DNA of 63,397 nt, filler included, from Barthelona sp. PAP020 (Eukaryota), in the NCBI GenBank assembly GCA_040182905.1. It is 47 parts of 47 records of this genome, joined end to end, with 100 filler letters (N's around TTAATTAATTAA, not from the genome) between each part and the next. Parts side by side here need not be neighbours in the genome. Positions count along the whole stretch, not along the records: positions 24,525 to 25,812 come from JARQWU010000984.1; positions 25,913 to 27,200 come from JARQWU010000985.1; positions 27,301 to 28,585 come from JARQWU010000986.1; positions 28,686 to 29,963 come from JARQWU010000987.1; positions 30,064 to 31,336 come from JARQWU010000988.1; positions 31,437 to 32,701 come from JARQWU010000989.1; positions 32,802 to 34,064 come from JARQWU010000990.1; positions 34,165 to 35,414 come from JARQWU010000991.1; 39 more parts are not named here. The stretch is one strand, 5' to 3'. Under the pieces are notes generated by a model. The model made no database searches. It saw only the letters and a list, made by a program, of their open reading frames with translations, and was not told the DNA's origin. Shown one piece after another: positions 24,525-37,226 of this stretch (position 1 is its first letter; every line of letters starts with the position of its first letter). Both the position numbers and the translations under genes were made by a program.

Positions 24525-25802
24525 TTACCACTTAGGGAAACCGTAAACGGGTTCTTCAAGTTCTTCTTCAATTCTGAGGAGTTGGTTGAACTTGGCAACA
24601 CGTTCAGAACGAGCAGGAGCACCAAATTTACATTGACCAGTACCAAGACCAACACAAAGATCAGCAATAAAGCAATCTTCAGTTTCACCAGAACGATGAG
24701 AAACCATAACAGCCCAATCATTTTCCATGGCAAGTTTAGCAGCATCAATAGCTTCTGAAACGGTACCAATTTGATTGACCTTCAATAATAAGGCATTACA
24801 GGCGTTGTTTTCAAGAGCCATTTCAATACGCTTAACGTTGGAAACAGTAAGATCGTCACCAACAATTTGTGTAGTTTCCTTAACAGCAGAAGTAAGAACA
24901 CCATAAGAAGCAAAATCATCTTGATCAAAGGGATCTTCAATAGAAACAATAGGGAAGTCCTTAACCCAATCTTGATAAGTTTCAGCAAGAGCTTCACCAG
25001 ACAAGTAATTGTGTTCTTTCATCTTGAAACCAAGATCATATTGACCATTTTCATAGAATTCAGCGGCAGCAACATCCATGGCAATCTTGACCTTTCCAGT
25101 GTAACCAGCAGCTTCAATAGCTTCAACAAGAAGTTCTAAGGGTTCACGGGCATTATTAAGAGCGGGAGCATATCCACCTTCATCACCAAGAAGAGAAGAA
25201 ATTTGTCCATAACGAGCCTTAAGAATTTTCTTGAGGGTGTGATAAACTTCAGTACCAATAATCATGGCTTCATGGAAAGATTTGGCACCAACGGGACAAA
25301 TCATATATTCTTGGGGAGCAAGAGAATTACCGGCATGCTTACCACCATTGATAACATTCATACAAGGGACGGGAAGACGCATTTGTTTTGTACCAGCCTG
25401 TTCAGCAATGAAACGGTATAAAGGCTTGTTGTGATAATGAGCAGAAGCACGATAAACAGCCATAGAAACACCAAGGATGGCATTAGCACCAAAAGTAGAC
25501 TTGTTGTGAGTTCCATCAGCCTTGTTCATAACATCATCAACGGCACGAGGATCTTCAACAGACATACCAACAAGAAGAGGGGCAATATCTTCATTGACAT
25601 GACCAACGGCTTGCATAACACCCTTTCCCATGTAACGATCACCACCATCACGCATTTCAAGGGCTTCATGAATACCAGTAGAAGCACCAGAAGGAACAGC
25701 AGCACGGAAGACACCACCTTCGGTAGTTACTTCAACTTCAACAGTGGGATTACCACGAGAATCAAAAATTTGACGACCATAAACTTTTGTAATAACAGAC
25801 AT
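24525..25802 (-). CDS. ENO: Enolase
   Basis: [27 protein letters not shown] and SHRSGETED motifs. Confidence 0.98.
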   Translation of the reverse strand: MSVITKVYGRQIFDSRGNPTVEVEVTTEGGVFRAAVPSGASTGIHEALEMRDGGDRYMGKGVMQAVGHVNEDIAPLLVGMSVEDPRAVDDVMNKADGTHNKSTFGANAILGVSMAVYRASAHYHNKPLYRFIAEQAGTKQMRLPVPCMNVINGGKHAGNSLAPQEYMICPVGAKSFHEAMIIGTEVYHTLKKILKARYGQISSLLGDEGGYAPALNNAREPLELLVEAIEAAGYTGKVKIAMDVAAAEFYENGQYDLGFKMKEHNYLSGEALAETYQDWVKDFPIVSIEDPFDQDDFASYGVLTSAVKETTQIVGDDLTVSNVKRIEMALENNACNALLLKVNQIGTVSEAIDAAKLAMENDWAVMVSHRSGETEDCFIADLCVGLGTGQCKFGAPARSERVAKFNQLLRIEEELEEPVYGFPKW

Positions 25803-26066
25803 TTGTATTTAANNNNNNNNNNNNNNNNNNNNNNNNNNNNNNNNNNNNNNNNNNNNTTAATTAATTAANNNNNNNNNNNNNNNNNNNNNNNNNNNNNNNN
25901 NNNNNNNNNNNNTAATATTGTGAAGAGTTCTCCACAAACCAGTCAATCAATCATCAAATTTCATTTTCCCAACAACTAAATTAAAATAACGCCTGATTTG
26001 AGGGATAAATATTGAATATTCAAAGAGAAATGATAAATTTTGGGGTTCTTTTTTTTTTTGCCGACA

Positions 26067-27200
26067 ATGGTTGTTAACATTGCAGTTGAGGAAACTGACC
26101 CTTATGTTAAGTATAATATGGATCGAGTTGTTGTTCCAGATGGGTTCGATGTGGATGGATTTGAAGATAATGGTCGACCAAAGAAGATTTATAATGCAGC
26201 GCTTGAAGGTAATCTTGATATTGTCAAGCAGTGTATCAAAGCTGGCGTTGATGTGAACAAACAGGGTAAGGAAGGAAGAACAACACTTTGGGGAGCTGCT
26301 TTTAATGGGCATATTGAAGTTTCTCTTTTTTTGTTGGATTTTGGTGCTAATGTTAATTTGTGCGATGAAAAGGGGTTTTTTACATTGTATCTTAGTTGTC
26401 AAAATGGTCATCTTGGTGTTTCCAGAATTCTCTTGGATCATGGAGCTGATATTAATTTGTGCATAAATGATGGTAGTTCTTCATTATTTATTAGTTGTCA
26501 AAATGGTCATCTTGATGTTGCCATAATGCTTTTGGATCATGGAGCTGATGTTAATTTGTTTAATAATAATGGTACTTCTCCATTGTACATTAGTTGTCAA
26601 CAAGGTCATCTTGATGTTGCTAAAATGCTCTTGGATCATGGGGCTAATATTAATTTGTGTAATAAGAATGGTACTTCCCCATTGAACATCAGTTGTCAAA
26701 AAGGCCATCTTAATGTTGCCAGAATGCTCTTAGATCATGGAGCTGATATTAATTTGTGTGGGAATAATGGTGTTTCTCCATTGTTTATTAGTTGTCAAAA
26801 TGGTCATCTTGATGTTGCCAGAATGCTTTTGGCCCATGGTGCTGATGTTAATTTGTGTTGGGGCGGTGGATTTTCTCCATTATATGTCAGTTGTTATAAA
26901 GGTCATCTTGATATTGCCAAAATGCTCTTAGATCATGATGCTGATGTTAATTTGTGTAAGAATAATGGTGTTTCTCCATTGTACATCAGTTGTCAACGAG
27001 GTGATGTTGATGTTGCCAAAATACTCTTGGCCCATGGTGCTGATGTTAATTTGTGTAAGGACGGTGGATTTTCTCCATTGTATGTCAGTTGTTATGAAGG
27101 TCATCTTGATATTGCCAAGATGCTTCTAGATTGTCCCGAAATAAACTTATATGGTGAAGATATGCTGTTATTTTTCAACATATTGTATACAAGTGATGAA
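26067..27200 (+). CDS. Ankyrin-repeat protein, C-cap type B (DCPEINL...), 3' partial
   Basis: Family N-cap, tandem repeats, then the same C-terminal region as the 49941 gene. Confidence 0.93.
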
Positions 27201-27300
27201 NNNNNNNNNNNNNNNNNNNNNNNNNNNNNNNNNNNNNNNNNNNNTTAATTAATTAANNNNNNNNNNNNNNNNNNNNNNNNNNNNNNNNNNNNNNNNNNNN

Positions 27301-27652
27301 CTTGGGTCGCCTTGCTAAATTCATTGTCCCAAACATTGAACCAGTCACTCAGCAAGGTAGAGCAGACATGCAGTTAACAGATAGTTCAACTAAAGTTGTA
27401 AAGCTCTATGACATCAGTATCGCCAACTCAATCGAATATGCTGAAAGACGCAAAAAGTGCAAGTTCGGTGATACTGTTGTTCCTCTGATGTTTTCAGAGA
27501 CTGGTCTCTTTTCACAGGCAGTCTCTACTTTCTTCAACAAGTGTCTGCAAAGGTTCTCTCCCTACGTCAAGCACACGCTCTGGCCTCGCATCAGGTACAG
27601 ACTGACTGGACTTCTCGCAGAGTTTTGGGCTCTGCTACAGGCAACAAAGTAA
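27301..27652 (+). mobile_element. Restriction-like endonuclease (RLE) C-terminus of a CRE-like non-LTR retrotransposon
   Basis: GRAD...LYDISI...AERRKKCKF...VVPLMFSETG matches the RLE pattern RxD..D..EK..K..P..E.G; GC is higher than the host. Confidence 0.7.
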
Positions 27653-27723
27653 CAATGTTCAGCATTTTAATCGTAAATAGGTATAAATAGTCCTAGTAGT
27701 ATGTCCACAATTTTTGAACACAT

Positions 27724-28585
27724 CTACTCCATGATCCAATGGCGCTTGGACAATTTCAAGATAACCAGTGGAGAAATCCCATTCTTTTTGCACAAATTAA
27801 CATCAGCGCCATTATCCAAAAGCATTTTGGCAACATCAATAAAAATGAACTGATCATCATCTTCCTCATCATCAGTATCATCAACATCCATCAATTCTGC
27901 TAGATTTCCACCATTCGATTTATTAATATCCATAAGATCAAAACAAAATTCAAGTACCAAAGGAGCTTCCTCTTTATTCATTATCAAACCTCTGCTAACC
28001 AAGATTCGAAGATTCTTTGAAGATATTCCAAAGCACTTTCCCATTAGATTTGATACAATTCCTCCATGATTGTCCTTAGCAATGCCAACAAATGAATCGA
28101 CCAATTCATGAAAGTTCTCTTCAATAAGTGAAAAAATACGATGCAAATTCCCTTGAACGTTTTCAAATTCAATAACCCTCACATCAACATCATTCATGGA
28201 TTTAGCATTTGCGGAATCAGCATTTCCACCAATCGACAGCTTATTTGAAGACAAAGAACAAAACAAAGGAACTCCAATATTATCAATGGTAATGAAATCT
28301 TCTAGCGTCTCTGAATCAATCACTTCAATACTGCAATCTGAATATTCATTAGTTCCTATCAGAAAATTCGTGGCACAAATTCCAAAATTCTCAGTATCAC
28401 TAACAAAGCAATCAGTGATTAAAAAATTCATCATACGTTCTTTGATTAATTGACCAGTTTGAATACTATATTTGCACATTCTATTATCCTCAAAACAAAT
28501 GAATAATTCTTCATCGTTAAATAAAAATACTGTGACAACAATTGTATCGTCTTCCAATTGAAATATTCGCTCCAATGTTTCAACA
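27724..28585 (-). CDS. Beta-propeller-like region + DINxxNGGN domain + acidic tract + fused partial ankyrin repeat; 5' partial
   Basis: C-terminal domain aligns by eye with 54848-55205; tail IDVAKMLLDNGADVNLC is a family ankyrin repeat. Confidence 0.7.
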
Positions 28586-29160
28586 NNNNNNNNNNNNNNN
28601 NNNNNNNNNNNNNNNNNNNNNNNNNNNNNTTAATTAATTAANNNNNNNNNNNNNNNNNNNNNNNNNNNNNNNNNNNNNNNNNNNNGTTAACGGTGTTAAG
28701 ATTCAATTGTTTCAACGATTGGAAATTCAAATTACTGCCAAAACCAATCCAAAAACAATGGTACTGGAACATTTTATGATTATTGACTTTGACGTTTTGG
28801 GAAAAGACACAAAGTTAAAGAGAGAGCCATTATTATGATATTCCTTAGTCTTATAAATTACTTCATTTGATTTTTTTTTCAGCTTTTTCATTTATACATT
28901 GGTTTATTGTTCTGAAGGATAGAAACTGACTGACTTTACTTGTAACACATGTTGAATCTTAAATTAACTGGCAAAGAAACAAAGCTCTAATCTTTGGTTG
29001 TATATTGGTTTCAAAGAGATTTCAAAATTATCACCCAAAAAAGTGATTTCAAATTGTTCAAAAATTGGGAGAAGTTGAACCAAAAACTGGAGAACAAAAG
29101 AAAGTTCAGTGAAAAAATGAAGATTTCTTCATTTATCAAAAATTTGTATTCATTAATTAT

Positions 29161-29963
29161 TTATTTCCAAGCCAAGAAGCACTGTGCGTATGAGTGAATA
29201 AAAAGAATAGTGTTTATTTGGTTAAAGGCTTTCGAAGCCTGATCGAACATTCAATTCTCCAAAAGTTAAAAATAACACTGTATTATTTTGCTTTTGCCAA
29301 ATCCAAAAAGGAAACAAGGACAAGAAGTTCTTTCCCAAAGAAGCAACCTTGACCATACAACAGCATTTCAGTTTGGATCTCACACCATGAGTTTTGACGG
29401 AAATTCACAGAAATGACTTTTTGGTTTGCTTTCTTTGCATTAGTTTGTATCACCACTACACCAAAGTCTCATGCCACTTTTATCTTTTCTAGTTGTTACG
29501 AAACCGATTGTTGAAGTCCAACCCAACAAGAACAAAAAACAATTACAAATGATGTTGCCTTTATTTAATAAAATTGAAGGTTATCACACTACCAACAAAA
29601 GAGGCTCATTGAAGAAGTGAAAAAATTTCTTCAATGGAAGACAAAGAGAAAATTTGGTGAATATATATCGCACTCTTGCAAGTTTAATTTGTGAATTTTG
29701 TGAGTACAAATATGTCAATACCATCATTACATCAACAAATCTGTAAAAATAAATTGGAACAATGTCCTTTGTAAAAAATATTCGAACAAACAGAATTATG
29801 ACAAACTTTCATAATTGTGGGACATTTTCACAAAGTTTAAATTAATATCGTAAGTTCACTTGGCTGCATCAATTCGAAAAAGGACGTCTCAAGAAAGAAT
29901 TAATTAATATTGTGAAGAGTTCTCCACAAACCAGTCAATCAATCATCAAATTTCATTTTCCCA
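29161..29963 (+). mobile_element. Repeat family 2 long left arm; the end overlaps the start of ankyrin contig 25913
   Basis: Begins TTATTTCCAAGCCAAGAAGCAC; the last ~59 nt are identical to 25913-25971. Confidence 0.82.
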
Positions 29964-30063
29964 NNNNNNNNNNNNNNNNNNNNNNNNNNNNNNNNNNNNN
30001 NNNNNNNTTAATTAATTAANNNNNNNNNNNNNNNNNNNNNNNNNNNNNNNNNNNNNNNNNNNN

Positions 30064-30695
30064 TCAGTTGGGTGGAAATCAATAGCTCTAACAAACCCAC
30101 CTTGACTGAATGTACGAACAACAGACAAATCATCTGGGTCAACCAACTTGGCAATACCATCACCACCTCCAATCAAAAGATATTTACCATCCGTTGATAA
30201 TTTCACTCTCCAAATCCAAGCAGTTGGAATTCTCTTTTCCGAGACAATTTCCCCACTATTTGTATCACTTTTCGTAAGAGTTCCACTGCTATCACCATAA
30301 TATACATAATTTGAACAAGAAGAAAAACAAATTCCATTAATACTAGCTCCACCATTCAATCTACACAAGATGGAGAAATCTGGAAGACTGTATACAATAA
30401 TAGACTTATTGTTGGAACATGCTGCCAACTTCTGCCCATTTGGTGAAATGGCAATACCATAAACATGGTCTATATGCTCTTTCAATGTACGATTCAATAT
30501 TCCAGTTGCTACATCAATAAAATGAATAGCTTGACAACTACCAACAACCAATTGTTTACCATTTGGCAAGTACTTACTGTCATACACATAATCAGAAATC
30601 ACATTTGCAATTTCAACTTCACTATTTTCATCAATATATAGAGGAAATAAACCACGTATAAATTCTCTTTTTTCACCACTTAATTTAACAGACAT
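30064..30695 (-). CDS. WD40-repeat protein, 3' partial
   Basis: LKEHIDHVYGIAISPNGQKLA and WIWRVKLSTDGKYLL blades. Confidence 0.88.
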
Positions 30696-31436
30696 AATAA
30701 ACTAACAAAAAAAAAGAAATAAATAAATGGAAAATAGAAACTAGTGATTGCGAAATATTTGAAATTTTTCCAAAAATTAAAAAATCTAATTGCAAATATT
30801 TACCTCATGTAAATGAACGATGTTGACAAATATTCATTGTGTGTAGTTGTTTTGTTTTCAGATTTATTTGAACTGCTTTCTCAAATATCTGCTAATCTAT
30901 GCTATACAATCTATTCGGGTGATTAAGAGGTTATGGTATTAAATTATGGCTATTTTCTCTGTTTATTGGGTGGAATTGGTGTTTGTAACATTACACATTT
31001 AAATAAACTTCAAATATTTTCATAAATTTAAAAGACTTTTTTTTTTATGTAAACCCATTACGTTGGGTTTGGTAGAGTTAGAAGTTTTTTGATGACGAAG
31101 ATTTTGGGATGTTCACCTAAAAAAAAAAAATGCGACCTAAAGGATTAAATTCAGTATTCTTGAAGTAAAGAATTGTTGTTGTTGACGTTATCTCTATGTT
31201 TGAGGTCTTATCTGAAGTTTCTTTGACTTTTGTTGAACTCTCCGAGTAATGCTTGTATCTTAACTACTGTCCTATATGTGAGTTATACATGTCTTCTTTG
31301 TGAAAATGTTTGCAAAATCTTTACATCTTATTTTTTNNNNNNNNNNNNNNNNNNNNNNNNNNNNNNNNNNNNNNNNNNNNTTAATTAATTAANNNNNNNN
31401 NNNNNNNNNNNNNNNNNNNNNNNNNNNNNNNNNNNN

Positions 31437-32701
31437 GCATTCTTAGCTTCTTCAATGGTGTTCTTCAAATCTTCTTCACTATTAGCTAAACCGATTAATT
31501 CATCACGACCTAAAGAAAGAATGATACCAGTAATCTTCTTGGCATCTTCAGCGCCACAAAGTTCTTGAACCTTAGGATAGAATTTCTTACCAAAGTATTG
31601 TTTGGCAGTTTCTTCAGACATTTCTTTAATTTTATCTTTTTCAGTTTCTTCTTTGGCTTTTCCAACAGGACCAGGCTTACCAGGTAAAGGCATCTTTTCT
31701 CTGATAGGATTGGCAACATGACCACTGACATGAGCATTGTTTCTAGATCTTTGTTCAGCCAATTCTCTTTTACTCTTTACTAAAGAGACAAGAATGGGTT
31801 TTCCTTCAAAAATAGGACGACGATCACATTCTTGAATTGCTCTTTCAGCCTCTTCTTTAGTTTTATAACAAACAAAACCATATCCAGTTGATTGGGAATC
31901 ACTGTTGTTCCTTTCAACTCTACAAACAGTACAACTGACAATTTCACCATATTTACTGAATTCTTCACTGAACTTTTCATCAGTAATATTGGCAGGGAGA
32001 CGTCTGACGAGAAGATTCTTATCCTTGCTTGCTTTTTTTAATTTTTCCTTGTTTTGAATGAAAATATGACGTAATCTCTCCATACGAGCAGACTTGCTTT
32101 CATGAGGACAAACAAACCATTTTCCTTCAAGGTTTTCAAGTGGTGATCCGTTAACGGTTTCAACAGCCTTTTGAGCAGAACTGAAATCTTTGAAACATAC
32201 ACAACCCCAACCTAACCAGTTCTTCTTGTTTTCTTGGTCTTCATATTTGAAATAGACAGAGATAATTTCACCAAATTCTTTAAATTTAACTTGAACATCA
32301 GTTTCAATTTCATAATCACCAATATCAACCATTGGCTTGTCATCATTTGTGACAAATTTGAAGAAAACGTTGTTGTAAAAGGTGTCCTTGTTGGTTTTTC
32401 TGTGTTGCAATTGAGTGACAAGCAATTTTTCAGAATCAGCTCTACCAGGGAAAGGCTTATCATTTAAAGCTTCAATAGCCTTTTCTAAGGATTCAGTTTC
32501 TTCAAATTGAATGAAACCGTAACCAAATCTTTCAGAAATTCCTTGATTCTTGTCATAGTTGTGTTTTCCGTTCAAGACCTTGCCGAATTCAGAAAAGAGA
32601 CCAATTAATTGTTTGGAAGAAACATCTTTGGGAATGTTTTTGACATAGAGAGTATTGGGTGTTCCTCTTCTAACAGCAGCGTTCTTGTTAATACGTGCAA
32701 T
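31437..32701 (-). CDS. PABP: Polyadenylate-binding protein (RRMs + MLLE), internal fragment
   Basis: RNP1 motifs GYGFIQF and GYGFVCY; MLLE-like KQYFGKKFYPKV..AKKITGIIL. Confidence 0.88.
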
Positions 32702-32947
32702 NNNNNNNNNNNNNNNNNNNNNNNNNNNNNNNNNNNNNNNNNNNNTTAATTAATTAANNNNNNNNNNNNNNNNNNNNNNNNNNNNNNNNNNNNNNNNNNN
32801 NTTATAAAGGGCATTCAGTTCACGAACTAAACTCAGATCAGGAATTGACAAACACCAACTAGCCAACCTTCTCATCCTATAATCCTTGTAAAAGCTTTTA
32901 TAATCATTTTCTGTTTTGCATCATGAATTTGAAGTTGTCAATTCTGA

Positions 32948-32957
32948 GACTCGATCC
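32948..32957 (-). promoter_or_regulatory. Extra B-box-like motif GGATCGAGTC downstream of tRNA-Gln
   Basis: The same 10-mer lies 28-29 nt downstream of all three tRNA-type genes. Confidence 0.65.
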
Positions 32958-32985
32958 GTTACCCTGTATTTTTGGAGAAAAAACT

Positions 32986-33056
32986 TGGTCTTACCCGGAA
33001 TCGAACCGGGGCTAGCGGATTCAAAGTCCGCTGTCCTACCCCTAGACCATAAGACC
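32986..33056 (-). tRNA. tRNA-Gln (TTG)
   Basis: Cloverleaf with GGTCTTA/TAAGACC acceptor, GCGGA-CT-TTG-AA-TCCGC anticodon arm and CCCGG-TTCGATT-CCGGG T arm, followed by a T run. Confidence 0.95.
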
Positions 33057-33512
33057 ACTGGGAAAAGAAAATTTAATAATAAATATGTTATTGGAATTTC
33101 ACAAAAGCTTATGAAGAAACAATTTCATTATATCTTTTAAGCGAGAGAAAATTAAAACTTTCCTTTAAGTTTTATGTTTAAATTCTAATTGTTAAATGGA
33201 ATTCATAAAAAATTATATACATCATTACTAAAAGAAATCAAAAAGATTCATTCTAAATCAGCCCAATTGTAAGACAACCGTATTTTTTCACAAAAAAAGA
33301 AAGAAGCTATTGCTATTCAATATATTCAATCAAAAATAAGTTCCTCTTGCACTTTGATACGAAAAAACAAAAGTCAATACATGAAATTAACCCATATTGA
33401 AGAGAGCCTTTCAAAAGGAAAAGTATTCAATATCTGAAGTGGCTTCAATATCAATAAATTCTATCTTTTTTGAAATAAGACCTTTTGGAAAAAGATCTTA
33501 TTGTTTTAATTG

Positions 33513-33600
33513 ATCAATGGGGCCTTGAAAGCCTTCAAACAAATAAAAACTATTCTTTCTTACTCACTCATACACACATTGCTTCTTGGGTTGCAAATAA
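33513..33600 (-). mobile_element. Degenerate repeat family 2 left end
   Basis: Diverged match to 22670-22758. Confidence 0.65.
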
Positions 33601-33874
33601 TATCTTGAACAATTGATCTTTTCCAAAATATGAAGTTAACTCTAATTATTTTATCAATCAATTCATTATTGGGATACTTGAAATGAGTTCAACAAATGGG
33701 AAACTATGTAAAAGATGTTAAAGAGATAGATTATGAAATTCATCCTTTTTATTTTTTAAATTATTAAATTTATCGATTTTGTAAAGTAGTATAATAGAGA
33801 AAAGTAACATATGAACGGATAATTCACAAATTGAAAAACTTAAAAATTTTCCTTCACCTAATTTTTTTCAATCG

Positions 33875-34064
33875 ATGAAATCCATTTTAGATCGTAGTGA
33901 AATTACTGCAGGATTTTTGTCTTTGGGTGTAATTTCAAAAATACACAAAGAGAGTTTATCGATTACATTGCCAAATGGTATCAAGAGCAAAGTACATTTA
34001 AATCACATATCTGAACCTTTTACACAAATAATAGACACACCAACCTTTGAAAACAATCATATTT
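33875..34064 (+). CDS. RRP5: Rrp5-like S1-repeat protein, 5' fragment
   Basis: GFLSLGVISKI..LSITLPNGIKSKVHLNHISE resembles the first S1 repeat of Rrp5. Confidence 0.6.
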
Positions 34065-34164
34065 NNNNNNNNNNNNNNNNNNNNNNNNNNNNNNNNNNNN
34101 NNNNNNNNTTAATTAATTAANNNNNNNNNNNNNNNNNNNNNNNNNNNNNNNNNNNNNNNNNNNN

Positions 34165-34313
34165 TTGTTGCCTTGGAAAAGTCTTTACCTCATGATACAC
34201 AGTTGAAAAGTGATCAAATTGACTTGATTCTGTGTGATAAAGAAGGAATTGTACAGTACACTCCAGAACAAATAGACAATTTCATTGAAAGAGATGATAA
34301 TAACAATGAGTAA
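34165..34313 (+). CDS. 3' end of a protein, possibly a proteasome alpha subunit
   Basis: ALEKSLPHDTQLKSDQIDLILCDKEG..YTPEQIDNFI loosely resembles alpha-subunit C-termini. Confidence 0.35.
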
Positions 34314-34437
34314 ATATAACTTTTAAACTTTTTAATTCATTTCTAAAAAGATGCCCAAAGGATAAGAAAACTCAAAGGAAACCAAAAGTTGTTGAAAAAA
34401 AGAATTGATTTTTATTGTTTGTTTTAAATTTTATTAC

Positions 34438-34854
34438 ATGAGTGATGACGATTTAGAAATAGGAGGATTTATCAAAGATAGAGATCCTTTCCAAGTTGCT
34501 GTGTACAAATTAAAAGCCAACCCTCAATTTTCTACATGTCGAGAAATGTATCGTTCCTTACAGAAATTGGAACATCTTGCTGATTCCTTGATCAAACGTT
34601 TGCAAGAGAGAGACACAAATAACCCAAAAATTAAGAGTAGAATTAGAACTCTAAATTATCACAAGAAAGAAATTGAAAATTTGAAGAAAAATCAGATAAT
34701 TCTTTTAAATTGTGAGATTATAAGTTCAGCTATGGAAAGAAGAAACGCTAATGATGTTATTACAGAAGGAATTGATCCTGAAAATCCTGAAAAGATTAAT
34801 GATCTTTACAAATGTCCATTCAAAATGCCACCCCTTGAGGAGTTCGTTCCGTAA
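34438..34854 (+). CDS. Hypothetical protein
   Basis: Complete ORF in AT-rich surroundings with coding-like composition. Confidence 0.55.
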   Translation: MSDDDLEIGGFIKDRDPFQVAVYKLKANPQFSTCREMYRSLQKLEHLADSLIKRLQERDTNNPKIKSRIRTLNYHKKEIENLKKNQIILLNCEIISSAMERRNANDVITEGIDPENPEKINDLYKCPFKMPPLEEFVP

Positions 34855-35182
34855 ACTGCACATTTTTTTTTTTTTTTTCAAATTTTCCTCGTAAAAACAC
34901 AGTATTTCTTCTTTTTTATGTTAAAGACTCAAAAAAAGAAGTATCTAAACTGTTAAAAGGAGCAAAAAAAAATTGAAATTGAAAAAGAAAATCAATTAAA
35001 GGATATTTGAAGATTGTTTCACTTTAATACCATGGCTATTATCCCAGAAAATTTATATTTACGATTGTTTACCAATTTTGAAAAAAAAAAAACTCCAAAA
35101 AAATTGATGCAGGCAAAAAAAAAATCCTTCCGTTTATCTAACTAAAAAAAAATTTCAAACAAAATCAATCTTCAACAAATGT

Positions 35183-35414
35183 TTATTCCTGCTCTTCGTC
35201 AGAATCCTCTTCAACATCACTGTTATCACTTTCACTATCATCATCTTCTTCAAAAGAACCATATGGAACATTATTTCCATATTTTTCCTCCAATTCTCTT
35301 TGTCTTTGTTCTTCAGGATCCAATGAAACAAAAGGATTGTCGGAACCAACAGTTCTATTGATAGGCTTGAAATCCATTCCAAAATCATAGTCTTCTTCAT
35401 CATCATTGAGAAAA
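35183..35414 (-). CDS. Acidic C-terminus of an unknown protein
   Basis: Open frame from the contig edge with an acidic tail. Confidence 0.45.
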
Positions 35415-35531
35415 NNNNNNNNNNNNNNNNNNNNNNNNNNNNNNNNNNNNNNNNNNNNTTAATTAATTAANNNNNNNNNNNNNNNNNNNNNNNNNNNNNN
35501 NNNNNNNNNNNNNNAATAAGAAGACTATCAT

Positions 35532-36760
35532 TTATAATTTAATCGCATCCAATATATCTAATTCACCATTAACTTCTTTTTGTAAAATTTCACCTAATTG
35601 ATTCAATAAATATTCTTGATTTTCCTTCAATTGTTTGAATTCAAATCTGTCAGGATCAATGTATTGAATTTGGTGATTATCAATTTTATGAAGAACATTT
35701 TTGAATGTTTTCCTTGTGATTGGTGTAATCAATGAATAAACTTTACCAGTTTTATTGGCTCTAGCAGTTCTTCCAGCTCTATGCAAATAAATACGGGCAT
35801 TAACAGGCATATCATAATTAATGATGTGTTCGACATTTGGAAAATCCAAACCTCTTGCAATAGAATCAGTCGCCACTAAGATTTGAACTTTATTTTTTTT
35901 TAGTAGATTGATAAGTGCCATTCTTTGAGGTTGTGAAAGATTTCGACTGAATTCTAAGGCAGAATACCCAGCTAACTGAAGAAAACGTGTCAATCTATGA
36001 ACGTTATTCAAACTATTTGCAAAAATCAGAACGATTCCTTCCATTCTAGTAAGAAGATATTGAACTGCCAACAATTTCTCTGCTTCTTCAACAGATATTC
36101 CCATTTCAATCAAACCCTCAGGAACAGTAAATCGATCATTTTCTCCCAAAACACTCAATTCAAAAGGAGACTTCAAGTCAATTGAACCCAATCGTACAGG
36201 ATCCTTCTCCATCGTAGCAGATACCATAATTTTTCTCAATCTAGGTGGCATACTGACCATCAATGGATTAATTCTTTCATTCTCTTTTAGCTTTGGATTT
36301 AAAACGTGAATAAAATCGTGGTAGGAATTTCTTAACAATTTATCAGCCTCATCAAAAACCAAATATATTAAATCGGATAAGTCAATACAACAGTCATTTT
36401 GAATTAAATGATCACACAATCTACCAGGAGTAATAATTAAAATATCACAAGAAGAAATAGCAGTTCGATCAATTTGAATGGGTAATTGTCCAACAGAATA
36501 AGCAATCCTGAATCCACTATCAAATAATAAATCCTCGAAAACAGAATGAATTTGTAAAACTAAATCTCTTGATGGTGCTATTACCAAAGAACGTATCTTA
36601 TGTTTCATTAATTTGTTATCAATATGATGATTTTCCATTAGATCTTCACATATAGGTAATGCAAAAGCTAATGTCTTACCAGATCCGGTGGGTGCACATA
36701 ATATAATATCATGATAAAATTCATTGGAATGATTGTGTTGTTTAATGTTAAACTTTAAAA
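35532..36760 (-). CDS. DEAD-box RNA helicase, DDX51/Dbp6-like, 5' partial
   Basis: APTGSGKTLAF, TPGRL, DEADKL, SAT and HRAGRTARA motifs. Confidence 0.9.
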
Positions 36761-36860
36761 NNNNNNNNNNNNNNNNNNNNNNNNNNNNNNNNNNNNNNNN
36801 NNNNTTAATTAATTAANNNNNNNNNNNNNNNNNNNNNNNNNNNNNNNNNNNNNNNNNNNN

Positions 36861-36948
36861 CAGCTTTAATGTTGTTTTGGGTTGTTTCTTCTGGACCACT
36901 ACGTTCTTGCATACCATCTTGCAAGATTCTAGGATTGCCAAGTGACAT
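36861..36948 (-). CDS. CCT8: Chaperonin CCT theta N-terminus (fragment)
   Basis: ILQDGMQERSGPEETTQNNIKA resembles the CCT8 LKEG..HxSGLEEAV.RNI.A motif. Confidence 0.6.
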
Positions 36949-37226
36949 TGTAAAGAGGATAAAAGAAAACTTTTTGTTGAGGTTCAACCGCTTTTTTCCA
37001 AACAAATTTTTATCAATTCATATTTTATTGATATTTTTGGGTTGTTGAACGGTATTTGTTACAATCAAAATTATTTAAATTGAAAACAATTGCTTTAATG
37101 CGAAGTTTATCAATTCATGTGTCCCTTTAATGATTCGTTATTTCATTCTTGGCCTCATATTGCTCTTCACCTTTCTTTTAATCAAAGAATAAAAAATTAA
37201 ATATTTTAAATTTACTCATTGAAAAA

